Assembly: GCA_964453605.1 (NCBI GenBank)
Contig: CAYVOI010000001.1
Coordinates: 241,627-305,626 of the forward strand
From: an uncultured Gammaproteobacteria bacterium
GTDB lineage: Bacteria; Patescibacteriota; Patescibacteriia; Veblenbacterales; UBA10138
DNA length: 64,000 nucleotides
Direction: 5' to 3'
The stretch's first letter is position 1, and every line of letters starts with the position of its first letter. A model generated the notes under the pieces. That model was given only the letters and a program-made list of their open reading frames with translations. It did no database searches and was not told the origin of the DNA. A program made the translations under genes and the position numbers. This document shows positions 54,643-64,000 of this stretch, in pieces.

Positions 54643-55998
54643 ATGTGGTATCATGCTTTTATGCGCGCCCCAAGGATTAGCAGAGCTACCACGTGGCTTA
54701 CGGCCATGTTGTTTGCGGTACAGCTTGGGGTTGTACCAGTGTTAGCTGACCAGCCGAACTCTCAGGCTGAGCGGGCGCAGCTGCAGCAGCAGCTCCAGGT
54801 TATTGAGCAGCAGATTGCTGAGTACGCCCAGCAGCTGGCGGTAACCAAAACCCAGAAGAACACCCTGACCAACAAAATAAAACAACTTAAGACCCAGCAA
54901 GCCGCTTTACTCTTACAGATTAAAGCCACGGCTCTTAAGATAAGCGTGCTGGAAGGGCAAATTGGTGATACGGTTGGAGCCATTGACCAGGCCACTACCC
55001 GTTTGGAGACACTGCGCGGACAGCTCGGGCAGTTTGTGGTACGGCTTGAGCAGCAAGACGATACGCCGCTCTGGTACCGCGTGGCCACCACCGCTACCTT
55101 GTCAGATGTATTCAGCAACGTGCAGAGCTACGTGCAGGTAGTGGGGGCTTTACAACAGCTGATGCAGCAGGTAACGGCCACCAAAGCCCAGCTCGAGGTG
55201 CAGCACCAGGTGCTCTCGGGCCAGCAAGACGAAGCGCAAAATTTGCTCTCTATAAAAACCTTGCAGCAACAGAAGGTTGCTGACACGGTAAAAGAGCAGA
55301 ACACCTTACTCCAGGAAACCAAGGGTCGGGAGAGCGCGTACCAGAGCACCCTCAGTAATGCCAAGGCGCAGGCTGCTGCTATCCGCAGCCGCATTTACCA
55401 GCTCTTAGACGTTAGTACCCAGATAACCTTTGGTCAGGCGTACCAAATTGCGAGTTGGGTTAGTGACCAAACTGGCGTGCGGCCAGCGTTCTTGCTTGCT
55501 ATTTTAACGCAAGAGTCGTCCTTAGGGCGGAACGTAGGTACGTGCAACCGTTTAGGGGACCCGCCAGAAAAGCATTGGCAGGCGATTATGAAACCTGATC
55601 GCGACCAGCAGCCGTTTTTGCAGATAACACGCGAGCTCGGCATGGACCCTGACGTTACCCCGGTGTCCTGCCCTATGCGCAACAAAGACGGCAGCCAGCT
55701 GGGCTGGGGTGGCGCCATGGGGCCGGCGCAGTTTATCCCTTCCACCTGGCTTGGGTACCGCGGCAAGGTGACTGCCTTTACCGGTAAAGCTACCGCGAAC
55801 CCGTGGGACATTCGTGACGCGTTTGTAGCTGCGGCTATAAAACTTAAAAATGATGGAGCCGATGGCACACCCACGGGCGAGTGGAATGCGGCTATGCGCT
55901 ACTTTAGCGGCAGCACCAACCCGGCCTACCGGTTCTACGGCGACAACGTGGCCAAACTGGCCGAAGGCTACCAGGCCGACATCAACCAGCTGAAGTGA
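54643..55998 (+). CDS. Secreted coiled-coil protein with C-terminal lytic-transglycosylase-like domain
   Basis: Signal/TM N-terminus and about 250 aa of Gln-rich coiled coil. The C-terminal ILTQESSLG (catalytic E-S) and GAMGPAQFIPSTW resemble the SLT domain. Confidence 0.5.
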   Translation: MWYHAFMRAPRISRATTWLTAMLFAVQLGVVPVLADQPNSQAERAQLQQQLQVIEQQIAEYAQQLAVTKTQKNTLTNKIKQLKTQQAALLLQIKATALKISVLEGQIGDTVGAIDQATTRLETLRGQLGQFVVRLEQQDDTPLWYRVATTATLSDVFSNVQSYVQVVGALQQLMQQVTATKAQLEVQHQVLSGQQDEAQNLLSIKTLQQQKVADTVKEQNTLLQETKGRESAYQSTLSNAKAQAAAIRSRIYQLLDVSTQITFGQAYQIASWVSDQTGVRPAFLLAILTQESSLGRNVGTCNRLGDPPEKHWQAIMKPDRDQQPFLQITRELGMDPDVTPVSCPMRNKDGSQLGWGGAMGPAQFIPSTWLGYRGKVTAFTGKATANPWDIRDAFVAAAIKLKNDGADGTPTGEWNAAMRYFSGSTNPAYRFYGDNVAKLAEGYQADINQLK

Positions 55999-56066
55999 TT
56001 CTTGGGTATTCCTGATTGGTTCCTACTGTTACGTTTTGTGTTTCTAGTGTAGACTGTCTAGTACTT

Positions 56067-56867
56067 ATGAATAGTATTGAGGTTCAAAACTTAACCAAGA
56101 AGTTCGGCGACTTTACTGCCGTAGACAACGTTTCGTTTAGCGTTCCTGCGGGCGAGCTGTTTGCCTTTTTAGGGCCTAATGGCGCTGGTAAGTCCACCAC
56201 TATTAAAATGCTGACCACACTCTTGCACCCAACGTCCGGCTCCATAGCCGTACACGGCCACAGTCCGGTAACCCAGGCTAACGCAGTCAGGCAATCCTTT
56301 GGTATTGTGTTCCAAGACCCAAGCCTGGACGACGAGCTCACGGCTCAGGAGAACATGGAGTTCCACGGTGTGCTCTATAGCGTGCCGCCTCGGCTCCGGC
56401 GCGAACGTACCGAGCAGCTCTTAAAATTTGTAGACCTGTGGGACCGCCGCAACAGCTTGGTGAAAGAGTTTTCCGGCGGCATGAAGCGCCGTTTGGAAAT
56501 AGCGCGCGGGCTCTTACACCACCCGAAAGTTATGTTCCTGGACGAGCCTACGCTTGGCCTTGACCCCCAAACCCGTAACCACATGTGGAGCTACCTGCAG
56601 GAACTTAACAAAACAGAAGGCATTACCGTGTTCTTTACCACGCACTACATGGAAGAGGCCGAGCGTGTGGCGCAGCGCATTGCCATTATCGACCACGGCA
56701 AGGTGGTGGCGAGCGGCACAGCTCAAGAGCTCAAACAGCAAACGGGCAAAGCTTCGCTCGAGGACGCGTTCCTCGCGCTCACGGGTAAGACTATTCGCGA
56801 AGAAGAGGGTGGCCCTATGGACACCCTACGCCAGATGAGCCGGCTATGGCGGGGCACTAAACGCTAG
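56067..56867 (+). CDS. ABC transporter ATP-binding protein
   Basis: GPNGAGKST Walker A, LSGGMKRRL signature, FLDEPT Walker B. Confidence 0.85.
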   Translation: MNSIEVQNLTKKFGDFTAVDNVSFSVPAGELFAFLGPNGAGKSTTIKMLTTLLHPTSGSIAVHGHSPVTQANAVRQSFGIVFQDPSLDDELTAQENMEFHGVLYSVPPRLRRERTEQLLKFVDLWDRRNSLVKEFSGGMKRRLEIARGLLHHPKVMFLDEPTLGLDPQTRNHMWSYLQELNKTEGITVFFTTHYMEEAERVAQRIAIIDHGKVVASGTAQELKQQTGKASLEDAFLALTGKTIREEEGGPMDTLRQMSRLWRGTKR

Positions 56868-56871
56868 TGCT

Positions 56872-57618
56872 ATGAACACCATCTACATTTTGTGGTTGAG
56901 GCAGTTGAAGCGGTACTTACGTTCCAGGTCGCGCATGATTGGCAGTTTAGGGCAGCCGCTACTCTTTCTGCTGGCGCTAGGCTATGGCCTGGGGCCAGTG
57001 TTCCAGCGCGCGGGGCAGGGGAACTACTTACAGTTCTTGGCGCCAGGCATTATTGGTATGGGGATTATTTTTACCTCCATATTTTCTGGTATTGAAATTA
57101 TTTGGGACCGACAGTTTGGGTTCTTAAAAGAAACTATGGTGGCGCCAGTGTCGCGCTTTAATATTATGCTGGGGCGCACGCTCGGGGGCGCTACCGTTGC
57201 CGCCATTCAGGGTGTAGTGGTGTTTTTGATAGCCCTGGCCGCCGGGTTCAGGCCGTACTCGTGGGGCCTGGTGCCCCTCGCCATAGTGTTCATGGTGCTG
57301 GTGGCACTACTCTTTACTGCGTTTGGCACGGCGCTTGCTGCCCGGCTCCAGGACATGCAGGGGTTTCAGCTCATTATGAACTTTATTGTGATGCCCTTGT
57401 TCTTCCTCTCGGGCGCGTTGTTCCCGTTAGAGAGCGCGCCTAAAGTGCTCGCCATCCTGGCGGCGTTTGATCCGCTGTCCTACGGCGTGGACGCTTTTCG
57501 CGTGCTACTCATTAACCAATCACACTTTGGTTTAGGGGTGGATGTAACGGTGCTCAGTTTAGTTACACTTGCGTTCTTAGGGCTAGGCAGTTACCTGTTT
57601 TCAAAAATAGAAATTTAG
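56872..57618 (+). CDS. ABC-2 family transporter permease
   Basis: 248 aa, 6 TM segments, immediately downstream of the ATPase. Confidence 0.8.
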   Translation: MNTIYILWLRQLKRYLRSRSRMIGSLGQPLLFLLALGYGLGPVFQRAGQGNYLQFLAPGIIGMGIIFTSIFSGIEIIWDRQFGFLKETMVAPVSRFNIMLGRTLGGATVAAIQGVVVFLIALAAGFRPYSWGLVPLAIVFMVLVALLFTAFGTALAARLQDMQGFQLIMNFIVMPLFFLSGALFPLESAPKVLAILAAFDPLSYGVDAFRVLLINQSHFGLGVDVTVLSLVTLAFLGLGSYLFSKIEI

Positions 57619-57627
57619 TCGGGAATA

Positions 57628-57663
57628 CAAAACCATCCGCCAATCGGCGGATGGTTTTTCTTG
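57628..57663. terminator. Bidirectional rho-independent terminator
   Basis: AAAACCATCCGCC-gatt-GGCGGATGGTTTTTCTTGTT. Confidence 0.6.
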
Positions 57664-57669
57664 TTAGAA

Positions 57670-57882
57670 CTACATCATCGAGTTGCAGCACTTGCACATG
57701 CCCGAGGTGAGCTTGGTTACGCCTGCAATCAGGAGGAACAGGGGCCACAAAATGTCTACCGTGGCGTGGGTCATGGCGCCTAAGCCCTTCAGCAGGAACA
57801 CGAGGGCGATTAACGTTATCATGCCGGGCACCACCTTGTGGTGTGGGCAGGGGCACTTTTGACCTGGCATCATTTGGTCCAT
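57670..57882 (-). CDS. Small Cys-containing membrane protein
   Basis: 70 aa; strong SD AAAGGAGGTG upstream on the minus strand; CPCPHH and CKCC motifs flank one TM helix. Confidence 0.5.
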   Translation of the reverse strand: MDQMMPGQKCPCPHHKVVPGMITLIALVFLLKGLGAMTHATVDILWPLFLLIAGVTKLTSGMCKCCNSMM

Positions 57883-57982
57883 TGAGATGCACCTCCTTTC
57901 TTGCTTACGTATGAACTGTTGGTGTAAGTATACACCAGTTCTAGCGCAAGGTCACCTGGTGCTATACTATCGTTACAGATAT

Positions 57983-58378
57983 ATGGAACAACCCAAGGTA
58001 CACAGCAAGGGTTTGCGCGAGTTCTACTTCTGGGCAGGCATTGTAGCCACCTTTGCTTACCGCATTATTATTGTGCTCACAGGCTACCCGGGGTGGCTTA
58101 AGTTCACCTGGTACGTTGGCACTGTTGGCTTTGTGCTCTACTTTGTTCACCGCTACCAAGTTTCTGAGCGCCGTGCCAAGCTTATTCATGAGCACACACT
58201 GGCGCAGAAGGTTTCAGGACTTTCCGAACTGAGTAAAGACGACAAAGCCGCTATGAGCTACGTGTTCCAAACGCTCGAGAGTAGTAAAGAAAAATGGAAC
58301 TATATTTTTATTTTTATCATGTCGGGCCTGGCGCTGGTGTGGGGGATAGTGACCGACGTAACTGCTTGGATGAAGTAA
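57983..58378 (+). CDS. Hypothetical membrane protein
   Basis: MEQPKVHSKGLREFYFWAGIVATF...; -10 TATACT 15 nt upstream; terminator at 58425-58470. Confidence 0.45.
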   Translation: MEQPKVHSKGLREFYFWAGIVATFAYRIIIVLTGYPGWLKFTWYVGTVGFVLYFVHRYQVSERRAKLIHEHTLAQKVSGLSELSKDDKAAMSYVFQTLESSKEKWNYIFIFIMSGLALVWGIVTDVTAWMK

Positions 58379-58483
58379 TTATTAACCAATCTCAAAAACA
58401 AGGCTTGGTAGACTTTGAATATCTACAAAAAACATCCCCTTCCTTAATTACTTCAGAAGGGGATGTTGTATAGAGCAATAATG

Positions 58484-59206
58484 CTATTTGGCAACAGCCG
58501 CATAACGAATTGGCTGTGCCTTTTTTTTGATTTTTTGGGTTAACCCAACGGTCCGGACACCATGGCTGCAAAGATATGGGAAAAAATGTCCACTGCTACC
58601 TTGTATTACCTCTTTATCCAAGGAGATAATTGCGAATTTTCTCTGTAGACCAGGATAGCGCTTACCGATAGCAAGCAGTTCCGCAATATTCGCAGGGCGA
58701 TATCCCAGCCTATCTAGTTCAGCAATAATCTGGTGGCGGTCTAAGCCCCGATAACCAACTTCATGGTTTTCTAGGTTGACTAAAAAAATTTCTGTGTCAA
58801 CCTCGCCATTCCCTGAAATTGGAAAATTCGAGGCATTGATCGTGTCATGAATTTTTCCATACTTGCCACCTTGAAGCATTTCCTCAAGCGACTGATTATA
58901 GTTCACTGACACAGTGACTGATCTTATTTTCCAGTCGTCCGTACTGTTGCCTGGTAGTTGTGGAGTAACTGCAGGCTCCTCGTCGACTACGTTACTTTTT
59001 TTTACCAGCGTCAGTTCCTTGCCTTCCACCAATGCCGTAAGAGCGAGACGTAAATTCCCAATCAGCGCCTTTTTCTTGTTTGTTTTCAGAGCCCTTATCA
59101 GCGTGCTTATTTCCGAAGTTCCAAAATCAGCAATGATTGTTGTGATGGCTTTAACAATCATACTAAACAATTTCAGGAACTCCGAGGTCGTTTCTTGTCG
59201 GTCCAT
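58484..59206 (-). CDS. Hypothetical protein (AT-rich)
   Basis: 240-aa ORF whose composition is distinct from its neighbours. Confidence 0.4.
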   Translation of the reverse strand: MDRQETTSEFLKLFSMIVKAITTIIADFGTSEISTLIRALKTNKKKALIGNLRLALTALVEGKELTLVKKSNVVDEEPAVTPQLPGNSTDDWKIRSVTVSVNYNQSLEEMLQGGKYGKIHDTINASNFPISGNGEVDTEIFLVNLENHEVGYRGLDRHQIIAELDRLGYRPANIAELLAIGKRYPGLQRKFAIISLDKEVIQGSSGHFFPYLCSHGVRTVGLTQKIKKKAQPIRYAAVAK

Positions 59207-59359
59207 GGTTCCCTCTCTTAGAGTAGAGTGATGTATGTTTGTTTATTAAAATTTTTAAAGAACATTATATATTATCACTAAATTAACGTTGTGTCAATAG
59301 CTCTGTTGTTGCCATAAGTAAAAGCACTCCCGCTGAATAGCGGGAGTGCTTGATTTATA

Positions 59360-60631
59360 CTAACGCCTCCGGAAGGAGGTGTGGGGGTGCCTACTGCGAC
59401 TGGGCCCTCGACCGTGACGGCGGTGGCTATGGTCGTGGGGTAGGGCTGGCCGGTCAGGTGGCAGCTCAGGGAGCTTTGAAATAGGGAGCATAATGCGCAC
59501 CAGCTTTTCGATGCTCCTGACGTCGTTACCCTGCTCAGGCGTGGCGAAGGAAATAGCGCGCCCGGGGTGCCCCGCGCGGCCCGTGCGGCCAATACGGTGG
59601 ACGTAGTCCTCCGGATTATCCGGCAGGTCAAAGTTTATCACGAGTTCAATACCAATTACGTCTATACCTCGAGCAGCAATGTCGGTAGCTATGAGCACGC
59701 GGTACTTGCCGGCTTTAAACCCGTCCAGCGCGTCGCGGCGTTGAGCAAGCGAGCGGTTGGAGTGAATTTCTGCTGCCGTCACGCCCATAGCTTTAACAGC
59801 GCGGGTGACGTTCTTGGCGCCGAACTTGGTGCGGCAGAATACCAGCACCGTGCCTTGGTACTGTTGCAGGAGCTTGTCGAGCAGGCGGCGCTTGGCGTCT
59901 TTTCTGACTACGAACAGCTCTTGCGTTACGAGTTCAGCCGCAGTGCCAGCACGGGCAATTTCCACGCGCACGGGAAGCGCCATGTGCTGAGTGGCCAGGC
60001 GGACAATGTCGTCGGGCATGGTGGCTGAGAATAGCATAGTTTGTCGGTCGGCTGGCTTAGGCACAGCGTGCAAAATTATTTTAAGCTGGGGTGCAAAGCC
60101 CATGTCGAGCATGCGGTCAGCTTCGTCAAGTACAAGTATTTTGACTGCGGAGAGGTTAACACTATGGCGCTCGAGGTGGTCAATGAGTCTGCCAGGTGTG
60201 GCGATTATTATGTGTGGTCTACGCGATAAGCTCTTGAGTTGCTTGTTTATGTCCTCACCGCCAATGAGCACCGAAGTGCGGAGGCCCAAAGGTGTGCCCA
60301 CCTGTCGCAAAGCTTCATCCACCTGGAGCGCCAGCTCGCGCGTGGGCAGCACTACCAGCCCCAGGCCCTTCACCTGTGCCAGGCGCTGCAGCATGGGCAG
60401 GCCAAAGGCCATGGTCTTGCCCGTGCCGGTTTGGGCAATGCCAATAATGTCCTTGCCTTGGATAAGGAGAGGAATGGATTTGCGCTGAATGGGTGTGGGC
60501 TCTACAAACCCTAAGCGCTCAATAGCTTGGAGTAGCTTAGGTGCTAACCCTAGGCCGTAGAAGTCTGAGCTGGTTGGTTCTGCTGCTGTCATAGTGCTAG
60601 AGCTAACGTGACCCGATGCCGCTCGCGTCAC
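59360..60631 (-). CDS. DEAD-box ATP-dependent RNA helicase
   Basis: GTGKTMAF, DEAD, SAT and HRIGRTGR motifs with an Arg-rich C-terminal tail. Start may be at 60592. Terminator at 59318-59356. Confidence 0.85.
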   Translation of the reverse strand: MTRAASGHVSSSTMTAAEPTSSDFYGLGLAPKLLQAIERLGFVEPTPIQRKSIPLLIQGKDIIGIAQTGTGKTMAFGLPMLQRLAQVKGLGLVVLPTRELALQVDEALRQVGTPLGLRTSVLIGGEDINKQLKSLSRRPHIIIATPGRLIDHLERHSVNLSAVKILVLDEADRMLDMGFAPQLKIILHAVPKPADRQTMLFSATMPDDIVRLATQHMALPVRVEIARAGTAAELVTQELFVVRKDAKRRLLDKLLQQYQGTVLVFCRTKFGAKNVTRAVKAMGVTAAEIHSNRSLAQRRDALDGFKAGKYRVLIATDIAARGIDVIGIELVINFDLPDNPEDYVHRIGRTGRAGHPGRAISFATPEQGNDVRSIEKLVRIMLPISKLPELPPDRPALPHDHSHRRHGRGPSRSRHPHTSFRRR

Positions 60632-60773
60632 GTTAAGTTCATGACAGGTTGCCGGAGGCTCGAGTCGTCCTTGAAAACGGTCAAGGACAGTTGGGCTTGA
60701 GTGTAGCAGCCGGGGCCCTACCTGTCAACGGGTGCCTCTAGCTTCATGCGATGTGTGCTACTATGCATAGCGT

Positions 60774-61403
60774 ATGGACCTTAAGGCTATCATTGAAGCC
60801 GTTGGCTATGTTGGTCTCTTCAGTATCATCTTTGCTGAGTCCGGGCTCCTCGTTGGCATTGTGTTCCCGGGCGACAGCGTGCTCTTTACCGCTGGGTTCT
60901 TAGCGAGCCAGGGCTTGTTCAGCATTGGCTGGCTTATTGTGGTGTGCTTCGTGGCTGCCGTAGCCGGTGACAGTGTAGGGTACGCCTTCGGCCGCAGGGT
61001 TGGTAAGCGCTTCTTTGTCTATGAGCGGTCACGTTGGCTGAATCCGGCCAACGTGAGTCGGGCCCAAGGCTTCTACCAGCGTCACGGCGGTAAGACCATC
61101 ATTCTGGCCCGCTTCTTGCCAGGCATACGGACGTTAGCGCCCATACTGGCTGGAGTGGGGGAAATGCACTACCTAACCTTTTTGGGTTTCAACCTCATAG
61201 GGGGTGTGCTGTGGGCTATCGGGCTCACCGCGCTTGGCTACCTGCTTGGTAACGTTATACCAGACGCTGATCGCTACATTATTACCATCGTGCTGGGGAT
61301 TGTGGTACTCTCAACGTTGCCGACGCTGGTGCCGGTCATGAGTTCAAAAGAGCGGCGGCAGAAATTGCTTGCCTACCTCAGGAGCTGGTGGCACAAGCCC
61401 TAG
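60774..61403 (+). CDS. DedA family membrane protein
   Basis: ILARFLPGIRTLAPILAG DedA signature. Confidence 0.8.
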   Translation: MDLKAIIEAVGYVGLFSIIFAESGLLVGIVFPGDSVLFTAGFLASQGLFSIGWLIVVCFVAAVAGDSVGYAFGRRVGKRFFVYERSRWLNPANVSRAQGFYQRHGGKTIILARFLPGIRTLAPILAGVGEMHYLTFLGFNLIGGVLWAIGLTALGYLLGNVIPDADRYIITIVLGIVVLSTLPTLVPVMSSKERRQKLLAYLRSWWHKP

Positions 61404-61454
61404 CTTGCGCAGGGCTTTATTTTTTCTCCTACGTTTGCTACAGTTGCAACGTCT

Positions 61455-62708
61455 ATGGCTACACCAGTAAAGAACGGTTGCCCTGATTGCGGGCCTACGC
61501 CTACCTCCCACGCCCTGGCCTGGTGGACAGCGGTTTTGGATTGGGTGTTTGAACCCTACGCTAACTTCCTCCAGCGCATTTGGCTAAAGTGTAAGCCGCG
61601 GGTACTTAAACTCCCACTCGACCGCATTGCCTTCCGTAGCATGCACTGGGCCGAGAAGCTACACCTAGGTAAGGTAGTGACTGATATTAAACCCGACCAT
61701 AACCTTAGGCTCCGGGTGCTCTGGCAAGAAGCCAAGCGCCGCGGCATAGCGCTCTACGAGTTTAGACCCTTTGGCCGTTCCGTTGACCTTATGGTAGCTA
61801 AGCGGGGTAGTGAACTATTTGCTTTTGACGGTTTACCTCGGCCGCGCGGAGTACCTGGCGACGGCGCCGAGTGGATGGATGACAAGGCCATCATGCGACA
61901 GAAGTTCACCGAGGCTAACATACCGATTGCACGCGGTGGTATGTTTGTACTTGTGAAGCGCGCGCTCCAGTGCTTTGATGAGCTCGGCGGCCCAGTTATT
62001 GTTAAGCCTCGCGTGGGCTCGCGCTCCAGGCACACGCACATTCACATCACTACGCGGAGCGGCCTGGTGCAAGCTTTTTATTCCGCCCAGCAGCTCTGCC
62101 CCTGGGTGGTGGTGGAGGAAGAGCTGCAAGGCCCAGTCTTCCGCGCTACGGTGGTGGCCGGTAAATTAATTGGTGTAGCCCGCCGCGACATGCCCCAGGT
62201 GGTAGGTGATGGCGTAAGCACCGTTGGTGAGTTGGTAGCCCAGGCCAACGCTCACCCTGGCCGCGACCACGACATTTTCTATAAGCTGCCCGGTGAGACT
62301 GAACTCAAGGACGAGCTCACACGCCAAAACCTAACCTGGGGCTCGGTCCCTGAGGAGCAGCAGGTCGTCATGCTCGGCTCGAAGGTAAACCGTGGTATTG
62401 GCGGCGTGACTACCGATGTTACGGCTGAGGTGCACCCTGAGAACGTCGCCCTGTTCGAGCGTATTGCACAGGTAGTAGCCGACCCTATCATCGGTATAGA
62501 TTTCATCGCCAGGCACCTTCGTGACCCGTGGCACAGCCAAAGCGCCGTTGGCGTTATAGAGTGCAACAGCTTACCGTTTATCGATTTGCATCACTACCCC
62601 TTGAGCGGTACGCCGCGCAACGCGGCGGGCGCTATTTGGGACTTGGTGTGGCCCGAACGCGCACCTTCACCGGCTCAGCCTGGATCAGCCGTGCCAGCAG
62701 AGGCGTGA
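61455..62708 (+). CDS. ATP-grasp domain protein (RimK/cyanophycin-synthetase-like)
   Basis: VIVKPRVGSRSRHTHI and a later GIDFI-like ATP-grasp C-terminal subdomain. Confidence 0.55.
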   Translation: MATPVKNGCPDCGPTPTSHALAWWTAVLDWVFEPYANFLQRIWLKCKPRVLKLPLDRIAFRSMHWAEKLHLGKVVTDIKPDHNLRLRVLWQEAKRRGIALYEFRPFGRSVDLMVAKRGSELFAFDGLPRPRGVPGDGAEWMDDKAIMRQKFTEANIPIARGGMFVLVKRALQCFDELGGPVIVKPRVGSRSRHTHIHITTRSGLVQAFYSAQQLCPWVVVEEELQGPVFRATVVAGKLIGVARRDMPQVVGDGVSTVGELVAQANAHPGRDHDIFYKLPGETELKDELTRQNLTWGSVPEEQQVVMLGSKVNRGIGGVTTDVTAEVHPENVALFERIAQVVADPIIGIDFIARHLRDPWHSQSAVGVIECNSLPFIDLHHYPLSGTPRNAAGAIWDLVWPERAPSPAQPGSAVPAEA

Positions 62709-63093
62709 GGTACTCGGTCCCCGGCGTCATACCCCGTTCGAAGACGTGCTTCATGGGGTGGCTCTCGGTCGAAAACTCACGGTGGCCCCTAACTTCACCA
62801 TCGTTAAACACACGCACGTGGTACTGGTAGACCTGGTCTACCAGTTTGCGCATGTTTAGGGTTTCGTCCGGGTCTATCCAGGCCAGGTAGTCGTCACTAA
62901 ACCCCGCTGCTCTAAGGGCAGCCCGCACCTGGCGGTCGGTAACCTCTTGTTTCAGCCAGCCTAAAGAAAACCGCTGGCGGTCGTCGTGCCGCATGAACCC
63001 CAGGAACATCAAGGTGTCGCGGGTAGTGGGGAAGAGCGGTTCAAACAGGTGCCAGAGTAATGACTTCAGGCGTTCGAAGAACGTAATAGGCAT
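62632..63093 (-). CDS. Hypothetical protein
   Basis: 153-aa ORF converging on and overlapping the ATP-grasp gene's 3' end by 77 nt. Confidence 0.3.
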   Translation of the reverse strand: MPITFFERLKSLLWHLFEPLFPTTRDTLMFLGFMRHDDRQRFSLGWLKQEVTDRQVRAALRAAGFSDDYLAWIDPDETLNMRKLVDQVYQYHVRVFNDGEVRGHREFSTESHPMKHVFERGMTPGTEYLTPLLARLIQAEPVKVRVRATPSPK

Positions 63094-63206
63094 ACCGTGG
63101 GTAGAACTGGTCTCACCAGCATACCCTGGCTACCCTGCGTTGACAAATTATTCGTCCCGCTGTACCATTTGGTACTACCAAACCAAAAACATACATAGGA
63201 AAAAAA

Positions 63207-63839
63207 ATGCACAAACCATCAAACTATATACGGCTAGGTAGCCGTAATTTGTACGTCGGGCAGCGAGTGTACCACGACGTGTTCGGCACCGCTGGCCAGG
63301 TTCAGCAGGTTATCCGTCAGGGTAATGAGTTCAGGGTTGTGGTGGCCTTCGACCCGCCGGTCGGAAACAAACAGCTGTTACTTTCAACACGGGAGCCGGC
63401 TGCGCGCGACCACCTCTGGGTTTCACCCCCAGCTGCTCAAGCCTCCCTGCCGAAACCCGTACCCAGCGGCCTGCCGGCTGTTAAGCCGGACCTGGCGGTG
63501 GCCGAGCGGGAAGCAGATCTGATTCAAGGCGCTCTTGACTGGGCTGAAGACTACTTCAGACAGCACTACCTTGGTCAGGGGCGCGTAGGCTACGACGAGC
63601 TTGTGCAGTTCTTGCTCGAGCAGGCCAGCACGAACGCCGTTGACGTACGCAAGTCGCTTGAGCTGGTTTTGAAACACGGTCGCGACGTTCCGCGTAGCTA
63701 CGTAGACGCATTCTTTCTGAACGTCAAGCAGCTCATACGAGCTCACCGTGACTATGCTGGTTTTACGCAAGCGCTCGTCGGGTTAGTGGTGCACTACCGC
63801 CGCCGTAGAAAAACACCCCGCCCACCAACAGTGAGCTAG
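63207..63839 (+). CDS. Hypothetical protein
   Basis: 210-aa ORF with an Arg/Pro-rich C-terminus. Confidence 0.35.
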   Translation: MHKPSNYIRLGSRNLYVGQRVYHDVFGTAGQVQQVIRQGNEFRVVVAFDPPVGNKQLLLSTREPAARDHLWVSPPAAQASLPKPVPSGLPAVKPDLAVAEREADLIQGALDWAEDYFRQHYLGQGRVGYDELVQFLLEQASTNAVDVRKSLELVLKHGRDVPRSYVDAFFLNVKQLIRAHRDYAGFTQALVGLVVHYRRRRKTPRPPTVS

Positions 63840-64000
63840 CCCCTGCCCGTGCCACGGCTATTATGCAACCCCCGGTGATATACATCGGGGGTATTTTTTG
63901 CAAACTTTAGCTAAAAATGGTACAGTTTGTTAGCTATGGACTACGTTTTCACCAACCAGCTCAAAGGCTATGTAGGTAAAGAGGTAATGCTTAAGGGCTG

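Noticed and set aside
1-64000. CRISPR arrays
   Set aside because: No regularly spaced direct repeats of 24-48 bp were seen. The repeats that were found are dispersed inverted-repeat elements and hairpins.

Overview
This is a compact bacterial chromosomal segment of about 55% GC. Its gene content looks like a Candidate Phyla Radiation / Patescibacteria-type genome: no L30 gene between rpsE and rplO, a Zn-type S14, few Shine-Dalgarno sequences on core genes, and comEC/comF competence genes. UGA is a stop codon, and prfB carries the classic +1 programmed frameshift. The core of the window is a str operon (rpsL-rpsG-fusA-tuf) followed by an S10/spc operon (rpsJ through rplO, then secY), then adk-map-ruvX. 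Also present are clpC, htpX-lemA, comEC, recR, ybaB, dnaB, a dnaQ-like exonuclease, a DEAD-box helicase, an ABC transporter and six tRNA genes. The 5' 5 kb is an AT-rich integrated element: a Dam methylase, an excisionase-like HTH protein, hypothetical genes and a large serine recombinase abutting tRNA-Ser(GCT). The most striking finding is a family of about 146-153 bp inverted-repeat elements, seven copies, two of them identical. Each is flanked by TATG, sits exactly in front of the start codon of ribosomal-protein or neighbouring genes, and donates that gene's ATG. A 316 bp relative between adk and map has matching terminal inverted repeats and encodes a 90-aa GIY-YIG nuclease. Other accessory features include a tRNA-Pro locus surrounded by tRNA-derived fragments and palindromes, a low-GC candidate restriction-modification pair next to tRNA-Asn, two paralogous structured RNA leaders, a conserved hairpin repeat, two cysteine-rich microproteins, and a cluster of small zinc-ribbon genes with strong SDs.
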